This document shows positions 32,201 through 41,666 of a DNA stretch of 64,000 nucleotides, one piece after another; positions within the stretch are counted from its first letter, which is position 1; each line of letters begins with the position of its first letter. The notes under the pieces are model-generated. The model made no database searches. It had not been told where the DNA came from and saw nothing but the letters and a program-made list of their open reading frames with translations. The DNA is taken from the NCBI GenBank assembly GCA_963804995.1, contig CAWDSK010000003.1, forward strand, positions 1,248,001-1,312,000, in the 5' to 3' direction. The stretch comes from an uncultured Acidobacteriota bacterium (GTDB taxonomy: Bacteria > Acidobacteriota > Terriglobia > UBA7540). Position numbers and translations under genes: made by a program.

Positions 32201-32746
32201 ACCGCCCGGGTCTTCGTTGACCCCGGCGGTCAGCGCCGCAGTGAAGATGGGGCTGGGATTATTGGTGGCACGGAAGTTGAGGGCTAACGAGTCAATCTCC
32301 TTCCCCGACATCGAGCTGGACTGGGTAAGGTCTTCACTGACCACTTCTTGGTGGGAGGTGACCACGACTTGCTGGCTCGCGCCCTGAATTTGCAGCTTGA
32401 AATCTGAGCGTACGGATTCGCGGGCGGGCAGAATGACTCCTTCGTTCCTCACGGTCGTAAATTTCGGGGCGGAAGCAGTGATCGTGTAGGTGCCCGGATC
32501 CATGTTCACAAAAAGGTAATCGCCGCCGTTATCGGTGCGGGCCGTCTGCTCAACGCCGGTCGCCTGGTTTTGCGCGGCAACCTGCGCATTAGGCATCACC
32601 GCTCCGCTGGAATCGGTGACAGTGCCGAGGATGGTGCCGTAAGTAGACTGGCCGAACGCCGGCAAGTTGCCGAGAAACAGCACGGCCACGAGCCCCCAGG
32701 CAGCCGCTTGCCAGAAATGTTTCACGGTTGAGAAATGTGTCTTCAT
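29255..32746 (-). CDS. TonB-dependent receptor (Oar-like)
   Basis: Signal peptide, GTILGTVTDSSGAV, TKSGTNQFHG, GGPIIKD..FFYFDYEG, PRLGFAW, C-terminal IQMSLRFQF. Confidence 0.92.
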   Translation of the reverse strand: MKTHFSTVKHFWQAAAWGLVAVLFLGNLPAFGQSTYGTILGTVTDSSGAVMPNAQVAAQNQATGVEQTARTDNGGDYLFVNMDPGTYTITASAPKFTTVRNEGVILPARESVRSDFKLQIQGASQQVVVTSHQEVVSEDLTQSSSMSGKEIDSLALNFRATNNPSPIFTAALTAGVNEDPGGNLTFSGQLPTATSFTLDGTSIQLVRYGGPTKDLFPSVEGIAEFRVNTAGNDAEYAQPTDLTVVTKSGTNQFHGSAFWFLQRKSWNSMDPIASYNPSLDANTYGGSIGGPIIKDHTFFYFDYEGVRLNENTLIATQTIPAAWASGDFSGVPGLTLTNPLTGHPFAGNKITSIDPTAAKILPQFFPTPTNGSTNIDSTGNNLISTMPGKYSVDGYDGRLDHVFNANHRIYFRITQKSPTDTGTDPTAAIGALGTSSDNNYNPLMGTFGTTLDATNLAVSYNWVIRPDLMNELRGGWTRANFSYTYPQAKQGDSIIQSLGITGLPGSPKNGLGGVPVFYVGNLLGGQTNAFGHPRVEGNGVFELGDNLTWIRGRFTSKFGFDFRRLNYRDNITFNLGDEYGDYFITGAYTCSGAEISTYPDACSVAQLLQGDVTFGLQAQNGPDGKPYGYHYSGFGQTEWKVRRDLTLTAGLRYELNTPFQDATNQLGNFNYKVPGGQLVVNPNENINPLWKEAVGSTPFVLGSAVGLGAGMRNTYWTNIQPRLGFAWMPRRETVVRASAGVYSVPVLGAVLYSLLGIDTSYYGTYTPTPATPILNFNNVFSGAPGVTSFPGYRRANQWDLKDPRVYQWNAAFEQNIGFQTLLRLSYVGSHTVDLIYSPDLNQVAPNTASYTDPMTGNTVYGYAALTATLALRQQNLKFPHFAEVLTRNNGPSARYDAFIIELNRRFGHGLSFTNSYTLSSNKTNVLGPAPNSAIPYKGQGDNGANVNNIYNITPDNGNAYFDPRNAFISTFVYELPFGRGKTYLGNSSRAADLAVGGWNVTGITYLRSGFWETPYYPSSVYDSSGTNPSQRSVAVQRPDCGGGSGYLSNPTTSAFFNVAAYNVPAHPVDAAGTAEPIGRFGNCGVGVLEGPGAVTFSMSTGKTFHITERFAFRYEAQFSNLFNIVNWGEPNMNITGSFGHISNAQATSQAGPRTIQMSLRFQF

Positions 32747-33339
32747 TTTCCCTCCATATGATTGTCGTTAGACTTCCGTTGCACAGGAACATGCCGGTCG
32801 CGGGATACGGTACGGTTTCCCGGCCGGATATTGACTTCCTCAAGATTTGCCCCCGAGGGGGTCCACGGCTTCTTTGGCAAATCGTGCCGTTTGTTTTCTT
32901 GTCACGGCGGTCGCAACCTGCCGATTCCGGCGCTACATTCCCGCGTCAGGGCAGCCTCCTACGTCCGCCACAGCAAACCACACCACCACCCTGGGCTTGA
33001 AAGGGCTGGCATTAGCCCCGCCCTCACCGTTAGCCCTTGATTGTGTCCAAGCGCTGTGAAGAATCCTGACTCTGCTTATCGGTCAGGGTAAGTATGGTTA
33101 CGGCAGGTTATTCCAAGATGAAGCCACCATGATTTAGATGTAACAATATCGCCTGGCGCACGGAGGCCCTTTCCAGATGGCCTGCTTCACTCCCCCTCGG
33201 GGGCCACCTCCCTGCGCCGGGGGCAGCGCTGATTTCCGCACCGGCTTGAAGCTTCATCTGCGGCTCACATTCCCGTAACAACCGCGACTTAGCATCTGTC
33301 TCCGCAGGCAAACAATACAAAACTTAAAAGGGGGCGACC

Positions 33340-33564
33340 ATGTCAAAGGAAGCGGCCAAACACGATCACAACGCAGCAGCACACCACGAGCACGCGGCGA
33401 AGCACCATCGCGAAGCCGCCCGGCATCATGAGGCGGGTGACCACGAGGCAGCCGCCCACCACGCCCACACGGCGCAAGGACACGCGCACCACGCAACCCA
33501 TCATGCCGCCGAAGCCGCAAAACTGCACGTCGAGCATCATGGGCACAAGGCAGGGGGCAAATGA
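33340..33564 (+). CDS. Small His/Ala-rich protein
   Basis: 74 aa with 22 His; AAGGGGG RBS upstream. Confidence 0.8.
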   Translation: MSKEAAKHDHNAAAHHEHAAKHHREAARHHEAGDHEAAAHHAHTAQGHAHHATHHAAEAAKLHVEHHGHKAGGK

Positions 33565-33676
33565 ACTGCATTGGAATTGGATAGTAGTTGCAAGGAGAGC
33601 GGGTTCCTCCCTTAGCGAGGAACCCGTTTCTCATCTGGGGCTCACTCGATCCGGGAGAACGCCTCCGAGAGGTCCC

Positions 33677-35020
33677 ATGGACCCTTCCACCGCTGAAGTC
33701 ATGCCCAACCTGCATGCCGACTCCGCCCCTTCCAGTCGAGCTGCCAGATACTGGCGCTGGCGTATTTTCATCATCACCTGGATCACCTATGCAGGGTTTT
33801 ACCTCTGCCGCAAGAACATCAGCGTGGTGATGCCGCTGCTCCAGCAAGATCGTGGGTACACCAACGCCCAGTTAGCAAAATTTGTCTTCGGTTACAGTCT
33901 GTTTTACACCGTCGGCCAGTTTGTTTGCGGGCTTCTTTCCGACCGTTTCGGGACACGCGTGGTAGTCGGCACTGGGCTCTTCGTGGTGGTTGGCTCGAAC
34001 CTGCTTCTGGGCTTTGGGTCTTCGCTCGGCTGGCTGATCCTTCTGGCTTGCCTGGCTGGCGCGGGACAATCCACCGGTTGGTCGGGACTGGTAAAGACCA
34101 TGGCCTGCTGGTTTCGCCCTACGGAACGGGGTGTGGTCATGGCGTGGTGGTGCACCAATTACGTGCTGGGCGGATTCCTCGCCACGGTATTTGCCACGTA
34201 CGTCGCCACCAGCGTTTGGTTGGTTCCGCGCTGGGGTTGGCGGCGCGGATTCTGGCTGCCCGCCTTACTGCTGTTGGTCATCGCCCTGGTCTATGTGTTC
34301 TTCGTGCGGAACAACCCCTCCGACGTCGGCCTCCCGGAGGTGGAAGACAACCCGGTTAAACCGGTCTCTGGCGTGGCCGCCCCCGCAACGTCCAGCACTG
34401 CCGGCGCGCCTCGATCGGCCGTGCGTCAGGTGCTCGCGGAGCCTACCTTGTGGCTCATTGGGTCCATGTATTTCTTCCTCATCCTCACCCGCTACGCGTT
34501 CCTCTTCTGGCTGCCGCTTTACATGACCCAGCATTTGAAGTATTCCGCGCAAGATGCGGGTTACACCTCATCGCTTTACGAACTGGTGGGTTTTCTCGGG
34601 GCTCTCATCGCCGGCTACGCTTCTGAGAAGCTTTTCGATTCCCGCCGCTTTCCGGTAGGAGCGCTGATGCTCTGGGGACTCGCCCTGACCAGTCTGATCC
34701 TGCCGAAACTCAGCGCCATGGGGCACCTCTGGAACGCGGTCGGCATTTCGTTGGTCGGCATCATGACCTACGGTCCTGACACGCTGATGTCGGGCGCGGC
34801 CGCTCAGGACGTCGGCTCCAAAGAAGGCGCCGCCACCGCTTCGGGTTTCATCGACGGCATCGGACACCTGGGCATGATCCTGTCCCCCTTCGTCGTGGCT
34901 TTCGTAACGGCACGCTATAGTTGGGATGTTCTCTTCTACCTCTTCGTGGTGCTTTCCTTGATCGCGGGTGGGATGCTGGCAACGCGCTGGAATTACAAGC
35001 GGGTAGCGCAGCAGAATTAG
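33677..35020 (+). CDS. MFS transporter, GlpT/UhpT (organophosphate:Pi antiporter)-like
   Basis: YAGFYLCRKN, GQFVCGLLSDRFG, QSTGW, WFRPTERG, ATASGFIDGIG. Confidence 0.85.
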   Translation: MDPSTAEVMPNLHADSAPSSRAARYWRWRIFIITWITYAGFYLCRKNISVVMPLLQQDRGYTNAQLAKFVFGYSLFYTVGQFVCGLLSDRFGTRVVVGTGLFVVVGSNLLLGFGSSLGWLILLACLAGAGQSTGWSGLVKTMACWFRPTERGVVMAWWCTNYVLGGFLATVFATYVATSVWLVPRWGWRRGFWLPALLLLVIALVYVFFVRNNPSDVGLPEVEDNPVKPVSGVAAPATSSTAGAPRSAVRQVLAEPTLWLIGSMYFFLILTRYAFLFWLPLYMTQHLKYSAQDAGYTSSLYELVGFLGALIAGYASEKLFDSRRFPVGALMLWGLALTSLILPKLSAMGHLWNAVGISLVGIMTYGPDTLMSGAAAQDVGSKEGAATASGFIDGIGHLGMILSPFVVAFVTARYSWDVLFYLFVVLSLIAGGMLATRWNYKRVAQQN

Positions 35021-35067
35021 GCGCGCAGGGACCTACCCTGCGGCCCGTCGATGCGTGGGAGCGGCCG

Positions 35068-35340
35068 CCTCTGTTCCCTGTTCCCTATTCCCTGTTACCT
35101 GCACTTCCGTTCCCTGTTCCCTGTCACCTGTTCCCTGTTGCCTGTTCCCTAGTCCTTCCGCTCCTCGCTGGTGACTGTCCTGCTGTTCCCTGTAACCTGT
35201 TCCCTGTTCCCTGTACTTCCGTTCCCTATTCCCTATTCCCTAGTCCCTGTTCCCTAGTCCTTCAGCTCCTCGCTGGTGACTGTCCTGCTGTTCCCTGTAA
35301 CCTGTTCCCTGTTACCTGCACTTCCGTTCCCTAGTCCTTC
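35068..35340. repeat. Pyrimidine-rich heptamer tandem repeat (CCCTGTT-like) with a higher-order duplication
   Basis: Many CCCTGTT/CCCTATT units; the block CCCTAGTCCTTC..CTCCTCGCTGGTGACTGTCCTGCTGTTCCCTGTAACCTG occurs twice, about 105 bp apart. Confidence 0.85.
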
Positions 35341-35685
35341 CGCTCGTCGCTACCACGCTTCACCGCCTTCCGTCGTCAAGAACATCAGCAGAAATCGGCG
35401 CCTCGGTGATGGTCTGCGGATGACCGCAAGAAGAATCTTAGCGCGCCAGCTTGCATGATGACCCCGGCCCGTCCGTAAACAATATGCTGTGGGTAAGGGA
35501 CTATGGCGCTGCTGCTGCCTCCATGCTCGCGCCGTGGCGAGGCACTTCCGCGGCAAGGCGACTTGCGGCCATGTGGTTACAGGCTGCGGAAGGTAGTTCC
35601 CCTTCTTCGCGCTACCCCCCAACGTTGAGTGGTCAATCTGACTGTTTTTTGTCTATAGCGACCGACTGGGAGGGGTCAAATCTTT

Positions 35686-36585
35686 TTACGACCAACCGTT
35701 CCACAGCTTGATTACGGCATCTATAAACGCTGATCCGTTTGCCTTGGGCCAACAGACAGGCGAGCCATCAAGCAGCAAATAGTACTGCTCATTCGCGCAA
35801 CGAAACTTGCTCCGGTCCTTTGTGTCGTCGAGCCACTTCAAGATGTTGTACACCCTCTCTGATTCATCGGACACAAAGTTCGGGTTGGGGACGTTATAGA
35901 GAAGTCCTTCGATGTAGTAGGACGGTGCGGTGCCATCTGCGATAACGCGATCCTCAACCAATTTCGACCGCATATTCTTGAACATTCGAACTGTCGGCTT
36001 GAAGCGGTTATTGATTGCCTGATGCTTCGTCGTGAGGTTCTCGCTGTGCTGATCCGGATAGTTGGCGATGAGGTTTCCGGTCGAATTTAAAAAACCTATT
36101 CCCAGGGTATAGCTTTCGTCCCACATGGAAATAAATTTGTTATAGCGGCGGTATTCATACGCGACCACTACGTCAGCACTTCGGCGAGAGTTATTCGCGT
36201 CGATCTTTATTGCCTTCGTGCCGGGCCTGACGGAATTACCAAAGGCAGTCTTGAGCGCTGATTGGACATGACTCTTGAAATTGTCATAGGGATAGTCGGC
36301 AGGGCCCGAATAATGATTATTGTAAGCGGCCAACTGATCGGGAGGCAGAGAGCTAAGGTCCCGAAAAAACGCGCCGTCATATCGAATGACAACATCCACA
36401 TCACTTTCCGCATAGATATTCGTGTCGTTGCCGTACGAGCCCTGCAGAAAGACTTTGAAGTTGCGGTCCTTATAGGAGGCAGTCGCTGCTTCCAGAGCGT
36501 TCTTCACGGTCGCATAGGTTTGCTTCGATTGAGTGACTGAGCCCTGGTGCGACCATCTTTCGAGTTGGTTCGCGGGAATGGCCAT
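35686..36585 (-). CDS. cGAS/DncV-like nucleotidyltransferase (CD-NTase, CdnE-like), CBASS synthase
   Basis: FLQGSYGNDTNIYAESDVDVVI, ADVVVA third acidic residue, NYPDQH, FKPTVRMFKN, APSYYIEGLLYNVP; adjacent to a patatin gene. Confidence 0.9.
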   Translation of the reverse strand: MAIPANQLERWSHQGSVTQSKQTYATVKNALEAATASYKDRNFKVFLQGSYGNDTNIYAESDVDVVIRYDGAFFRDLSSLPPDQLAAYNNHYSGPADYPYDNFKSHVQSALKTAFGNSVRPGTKAIKIDANNSRRSADVVVAYEYRRYNKFISMWDESYTLGIGFLNSTGNLIANYPDQHSENLTTKHQAINNRFKPTVRMFKNMRSKLVEDRVIADGTAPSYYIEGLLYNVPNPNFVSDESERVYNILKWLDDTKDRSKFRCANEQYYLLLDGSPVCWPKANGSAFIDAVIKLWNGWS

Positions 36586-36586
36586 C

Positions 36587-37594
36587 TTACGCGTGGACTC
36601 CTCCTTGCGCGGGAAGATCTAGCAATTCTCTAAGCCGGGCTTCGTGCTTTGCGAATGAGTCTCCGCCGCGTTGGTAAAGCGTATTCAATTTCGAGAGATC
36701 GGATTCCATAAGGTCCGTCGCCATCTCAGGCTGCTGATACGTGTCATTAATTCGGACAGCTCGAATATCCCCAAACAGAATGCAACGCAATTGCTCCATC
36801 GATTCGGTGTTCACGTTGAGGGTTTTTTGGAGCAACTCAACGCCCGTGAAGCCAATCAAACATTTTGCAACGAGCGTGAAAAAATATTTTGGCGTGTACC
36901 AACGTTTCGGTTCCGGGTAAACCCCGACACCGACGCTGACAACTCGGAGATCGGCGGGGTCTTTTTGGAGGGCTCGAACCGCATCGGCGATTGCATACAA
37001 AGTCGGATTGTTGGCACAATACCCGCCGTCGATGAGTTCAACGTCGTTCCCTGCAATTGTCCTTATTGTGCATTTCTGAAAATAGGGATATGCCGAGCAA
37101 GAAGCACGCACTGCATCAGCTATGGTACAGCCGAAACCGGGCACGAATGTGTCTTTGCGACCATGGGCTTGTTGTTTGTCACCCTTAAAGATCATCGGCC
37201 GTTCCTCTTGCCAACGTGTTGCCACGATTCCGACGCTAGTCTTAACCTGATTGAAATTATTTTCCCCGAAGACCTGGCTGGCGAGCACGGCTAATGCTTT
37301 AGATTTTCTGCGTCGGGTCCAGCGCTTCATGACGGTAGGAACGTGCTCGCGGTAAAGCTTGTGAACCTCAGCGACCGTATATCCAAGTGCCAAAAGCGCG
37401 GCTATGATCGCGCCGGTGCTGGTTCCGAAAATAAGGTCGAAATGTTCGCACAGGCGTTGAGGCGCAACCATCGCCTCGATCTCGTTCAGAACTCCGAGCG
37501 TATAAAATCCCTTGGCGCCGCCACCGTCGAGCGAGAGCACGCGGCAAGGAGTACCAGTTATGGGCGACTCCGCTGTTTTGTGCATGCCTTCCAT
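36587..37594 (-). CDS. Patatin-like phospholipase, CBASS effector (CapE/CapV-like)
   Basis: LSLDGGGAKG, GTSTG nucleophile, ASCSAYPYF, IDGGYCANNP; stop is 1 nt before the CD-NTase start. Confidence 0.9.
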   Translation of the reverse strand: MEGMHKTAESPITGTPCRVLSLDGGGAKGFYTLGVLNEIEAMVAPQRLCEHFDLIFGTSTGAIIAALLALGYTVAEVHKLYREHVPTVMKRWTRRRKSKALAVLASQVFGENNFNQVKTSVGIVATRWQEERPMIFKGDKQQAHGRKDTFVPGFGCTIADAVRASCSAYPYFQKCTIRTIAGNDVELIDGGYCANNPTLYAIADAVRALQKDPADLRVVSVGVGVYPEPKRWYTPKYFFTLVAKCLIGFTGVELLQKTLNVNTESMEQLRCILFGDIRAVRINDTYQQPEMATDLMESDLSKLNTLYQRGGDSFAKHEARLRELLDLPAQGGVHA

Positions 37595-37665
37595 TGACTC
37601 TCCCCCTGCTACTAGACCGACAGCGGCATTCAATTGCAATGGGACACAGTAAGTTTAGCACCGCA

Positions 37666-39415
37666 TTACTCGGTGACAAAATATGTGTCGTCAAGTCGTG
37701 GATCTGGCTCAAACCTTTCTGTCATAATGACAATTCTACCCACTTCCCGATGGAGGGCTTCGATCCTGTCGAGCGCCTGATTGACTCGGTCGCATTGCTC
37801 GAACGTTAAGGTAAAAACGATGCGCATCTAGCCACATTCTAGATTTGTGATAAGTGTCAAGAGTAGCAGACGCGAGTTCGCCGATTTCCCGTTCAATTTC
37901 ACCGCGTTTAATTTGAGGCCTCAACATCGGAATAACATCAACTGTCCGATCGTCAGATACAACAATTGCAAGTCTGCGCCGTTTGCTGGAAAGTACATAA
38001 CGCAGAGCTGAATTGTACCGTGACCCCCGGGACGGAGTGCACTCAGGCGCCGCTTCTCCGTCAAGTATCACGCCCACCGCATGACAGAAACCATGCTGAT
38101 CAATAATGATGGTTCCGTCGATCCAACTCACACGTTCCAGCAGCATCGGCGTCATCAGCACTGGACTAATCCCCATTCCCTGCCGAGCGAGGCGTTCCGA
38201 TTCATCCTGCGCGTCCTCCGCGACGACAATCATACTCCCGTGATGCTGATGTGCGACAGTTTTGAAAAGTGTCCAAGAATGGACACAGTCGTTGGTGGAT
38301 GCGTCTGGGAAGAGACGCTTGTAGTTGGCAGTAAATTGATCTTGGCTGATTGATTCCTGTGGCAGGCGGGGTTCGCGGTAACGGCTATACATGAGTACCT
38401 GGGTCCCGCATTGGAGTTCCCAGTGGTAATGGTCCAAGAAATTAATCGTGAAGGCATCTAGAGCTCCCTCATCGTGACCGTCCTTAAGCTTTCCTAAACC
38501 AAAAATCTCTTCCGAGTTTGCAATAAGCGCGACGTTTGAAGTCGCCATCTGGAGAACCTTTCGAGCCCATCTTGGCTGTCGAAAGGGAACCGGTACTTTG
38601 AAACGCACAAAATATTCGACCGATTCACTCTCCGGGTCGACAAGTACTAGGTGACCGGTTCCCCGTATGCCTTCGTAAAGCAGAGAGGAAATGATATTAA
38701 ATCTTTCGAATAGGTTATCATATGAGTACTTGTCGCCTATGAGGAGGGCTGGAATTCGCATGAAACCGTCGGCGGCATTATGGACGATTTCAGCAGGGCT
38801 CCGCATATCCGGGATTATGAATCTGCCAGGCTCGGGAGTCAGGAGTTCTTTACTAGCTTCCTCTAAAACGATCGAAATCGATGAATGAATTAGGCTCCTA
38901 TCGCCCTGTGGAAAATGCGGATCATTGGTAGCGGGAATTTTGAGGGGCGGGAATTGCGAGAAGATCGACTCAGGAACTTGGATCACCGGCACCACGTAGT
39001 AATCACCAACGGGGCGAGCTGAACCGCAGAACGACTGCACGCCATTCTTAACATCGTAGGGCTTCAATGCGTCGTGTACGGCGGTCGTAACGGAATCACG
39101 CCGAATGTTTTCAGGTTTGTCGCGCATAGACGGTTCATCACCGTAGAACATATTCTGCAATCGATGATTCTTGACGGTGTTTTCGATTGAGTCCAACAGA
39201 TTGTTAAATAAAGACAGCTGCCATTTTTCATCTTCTGGCTCAACGCAGATAGGATTGTTATTGATGCTTTGCGGCTTTCTGGCTCCGACCACAAGAACGT
39301 CCGGTTTAAGGCGGATTCCCAATTCATCGAATACATGCTCCGCAAGGAATTGAACGGACAACCTGAAGTGCGGTTGATATCCCCACATGAATAGCATAAT
39401 TCTGTGCTCTCTCAT
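37666..39415 (-). CDS. Diadenylate cyclase (DisA_N/DAC) domain protein with long N-terminal extension; 1-nt frameshift near the 3' end
   Basis: HGSMIVV..IDGTIII..GVILDG..RGSRYNSA..IVVSDD DAC-fold motifs; the ORF as given stops at 37736, but removing one base at ~37802 reads on as EQCDRVNQALDRIE...DDTYFVTE to TAA at 37666. Confidence 0.8.
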
Positions 39416-40615
39416 ATGTTTTAACTCTAAGTGATGGCGCCCGGTCGTTGCCTCGGACGCATGGTCACTATGCTACATCTGTTTTACACGTTTCCGTGCG
39501 GTGATTTATTCCACTGTGAGTGACGGTGCTCTCTGAAACAATCCACTTGGTCGTATTATGGCCTTGTCGGAAACTGGCCGCTGCCGTGTATACGTGACTC
39601 CTCAATAAGGAATTGGACCTGCCTCGTCTCCTTGAGTGTACGAACGCCGGGTTGCGGTTCAAATTACACTGACACACGAAATCTGTAGAGTCTGCTCTAG
39701 AGTTTTTGCCGCATCCCTGAGACTCTCAAGACCTGGCTCCCCTCAAACTGATGATTTCGGCGCCATTTTATCCCGGCGCTGACACGCCATCTGCTCACGG
39801 ACACCCGCTCCTCTGGGCGACGGGGGATTTCATTTCGCCAGAATTCGGTGCTTGACTTTGTTTACTTGTGAGGTATAATCTTAATCGTACCGTGCGGTCC
39901 GGCTCGGCAGGAAGACTCGGAGCGCGCGAGGCAGAGCCGGGCAATTGGGCAGGAAGGGAGTTATGTAGCCGCGGCGACACGAGGATTTCGCAGCGCCTTT
40001 ATGTCCGACCATGACGTTTTTCTCCCAAAGCCGAGAACATACTGAAAACAAAGGGCGGGGAGAGACAAATTTCGTTTCCCAAAGCCGAGAACATCCAGAA
40101 AACAAACCCACTTACCAGGCCTACCAAAAACGGGATATCGACCTGACAAAATGTCCTACAGAAAAAGACCTCCTTCCTCGCCCCAGGCCCACCGTTAAGC
40201 CGCTTTCAACTATCTAACTGGGCTACATTGGTTCGCCCCGCCGCAGCGGGTTCTCCCATATCGGTTATCGGTAGGATCGACACCAAGAATGAAGCATATT
40301 GAGTGGCCCGTAACAAGCGGTTTAACCCCTCACCCGCCCCGGCTGGTGAAAACGCCGGCTGCGGTCCACCCTCTCCCCTCGGAGAGGGCTATGCGTTTTC
40401 GGCTTGGTCCGATGAGGCCTTGACCCGATGGCCCATGCCCCCCACCGACCTCCCCCCGCCGTGACACACTTTCCCATATCGGTTATCGGTAGGTTGACAT
40501 CCAAACCTGAACCAAAATTCGGCTGGAAGTTTGACAATCACCAATTCACCCAATCGCGAAATCACTCAATGACCCGATGATCCGATGACTCAATGGCCCG
40601 ATCTGGATCGATCGC

Positions 40616-41666
40616 TTGTTGGCGGCTGCCTTGGGCCTGCGGGGAGATTTCGTTCCAGACTTCCGCCTGATCGATTATCCGGTGGCGCTGATGAGCACTG
40701 ACCGGAGTCCGGCCCTGGACGGGACGCTCGGCAACACGGACCGTCTCAAGAGCGACCTGGCCGACCTGGGCGTCTTCGATGCGCGCATGTCAATGTACTT
40801 GCCTTTCCGCTTGCGCACCGCTGCGGTCATGGGATTTTCCGGCTATGAGGGGCGTCATTACAGTGTCTTCGAGCGTTTTGAAGCTGATATGGGACCGGCC
40901 GTGGACCTACAAAATCTCGTTGTGGCCCTGGCCCACAAATACGTGGCGTTAGGCCTGCTCTCCCACCAGCACATTCCCGATGACCCCTGCCTGGAAAGCG
41001 AGCGTCGCCAGATATTCTTCGGAGCAGCGATCGGCCTTCCCACTTTCTACGTGCGGCGCGAATCACCCAACGCCTTCCTGCGCCACATCGTGGAACGGAC
41101 CCACGGCGTGCGGGCCAGTCACCGTTATCCGGGTTACTTGCGAGTCCGCAACTTGGAATGTCAAAAGAGTCTCCTCACCATTCTGAAGGAAGACGCGGCC
41201 GACTTGATCGAGGCCTTGCAACTTCAAGAGATGATCCGCGACCTCGAGAACCGGCTGGATCACCCGGCGGAATGTTCATCGGCGGGCCGACTTACCCGCG
41301 GCATCCTACAGGTGGCCAGCGAGCGTTTTCCACTCAACACAGAGGCGCGGACCTTCAATCAGGCTGCGGAGACTTACTACCGCGGGCCTTTGCGCGAGCA
41401 GCACCTCCGTGAAGCCTTTGAAATTCTGGCCCGGGAATGCTGCGGGATTGAAGTTGAGGACCCTGAAGCGCTTGGCGCCATCCTGGGATCGAATAATCTT
41501 CGAGACTTTCCTTGAGAGGGCTTGTACGCAGGTGTGCCAGGAAACGATCACCCTGGAAGACCTGCGCCGCCTGACGAGCCTCACCCTTCTGAGTATTCAA
41601 CACGAGCAGAGGCTGGCGGAGAAGTACTGGCCTTCCGCCCACGTCCACCCTCTCCTCCGGGCATGA
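40616..41666 (+). pseudogene. 5'-truncated uncharacterised protein, frameshift near 41500
   Basis: Coding-like sequence begins abruptly after a repeat tract; the second frame continues ETFLERAC... to a TGA overlapping the psd ATG. Confidence 0.6.

Noticed and set aside
33090..33290. Pho boxes upstream of the His-rich/MFS genes
   Set aside because: Only loose TCACA/TAACA half-sites 11 nt apart; too weak to call without a position-weight-matrix test.
34921..35334. 137-aa Pro/Cys/Leu-rich ORF
   Set aside because: It is a translation of the CCCTGTT heptamer repeat.
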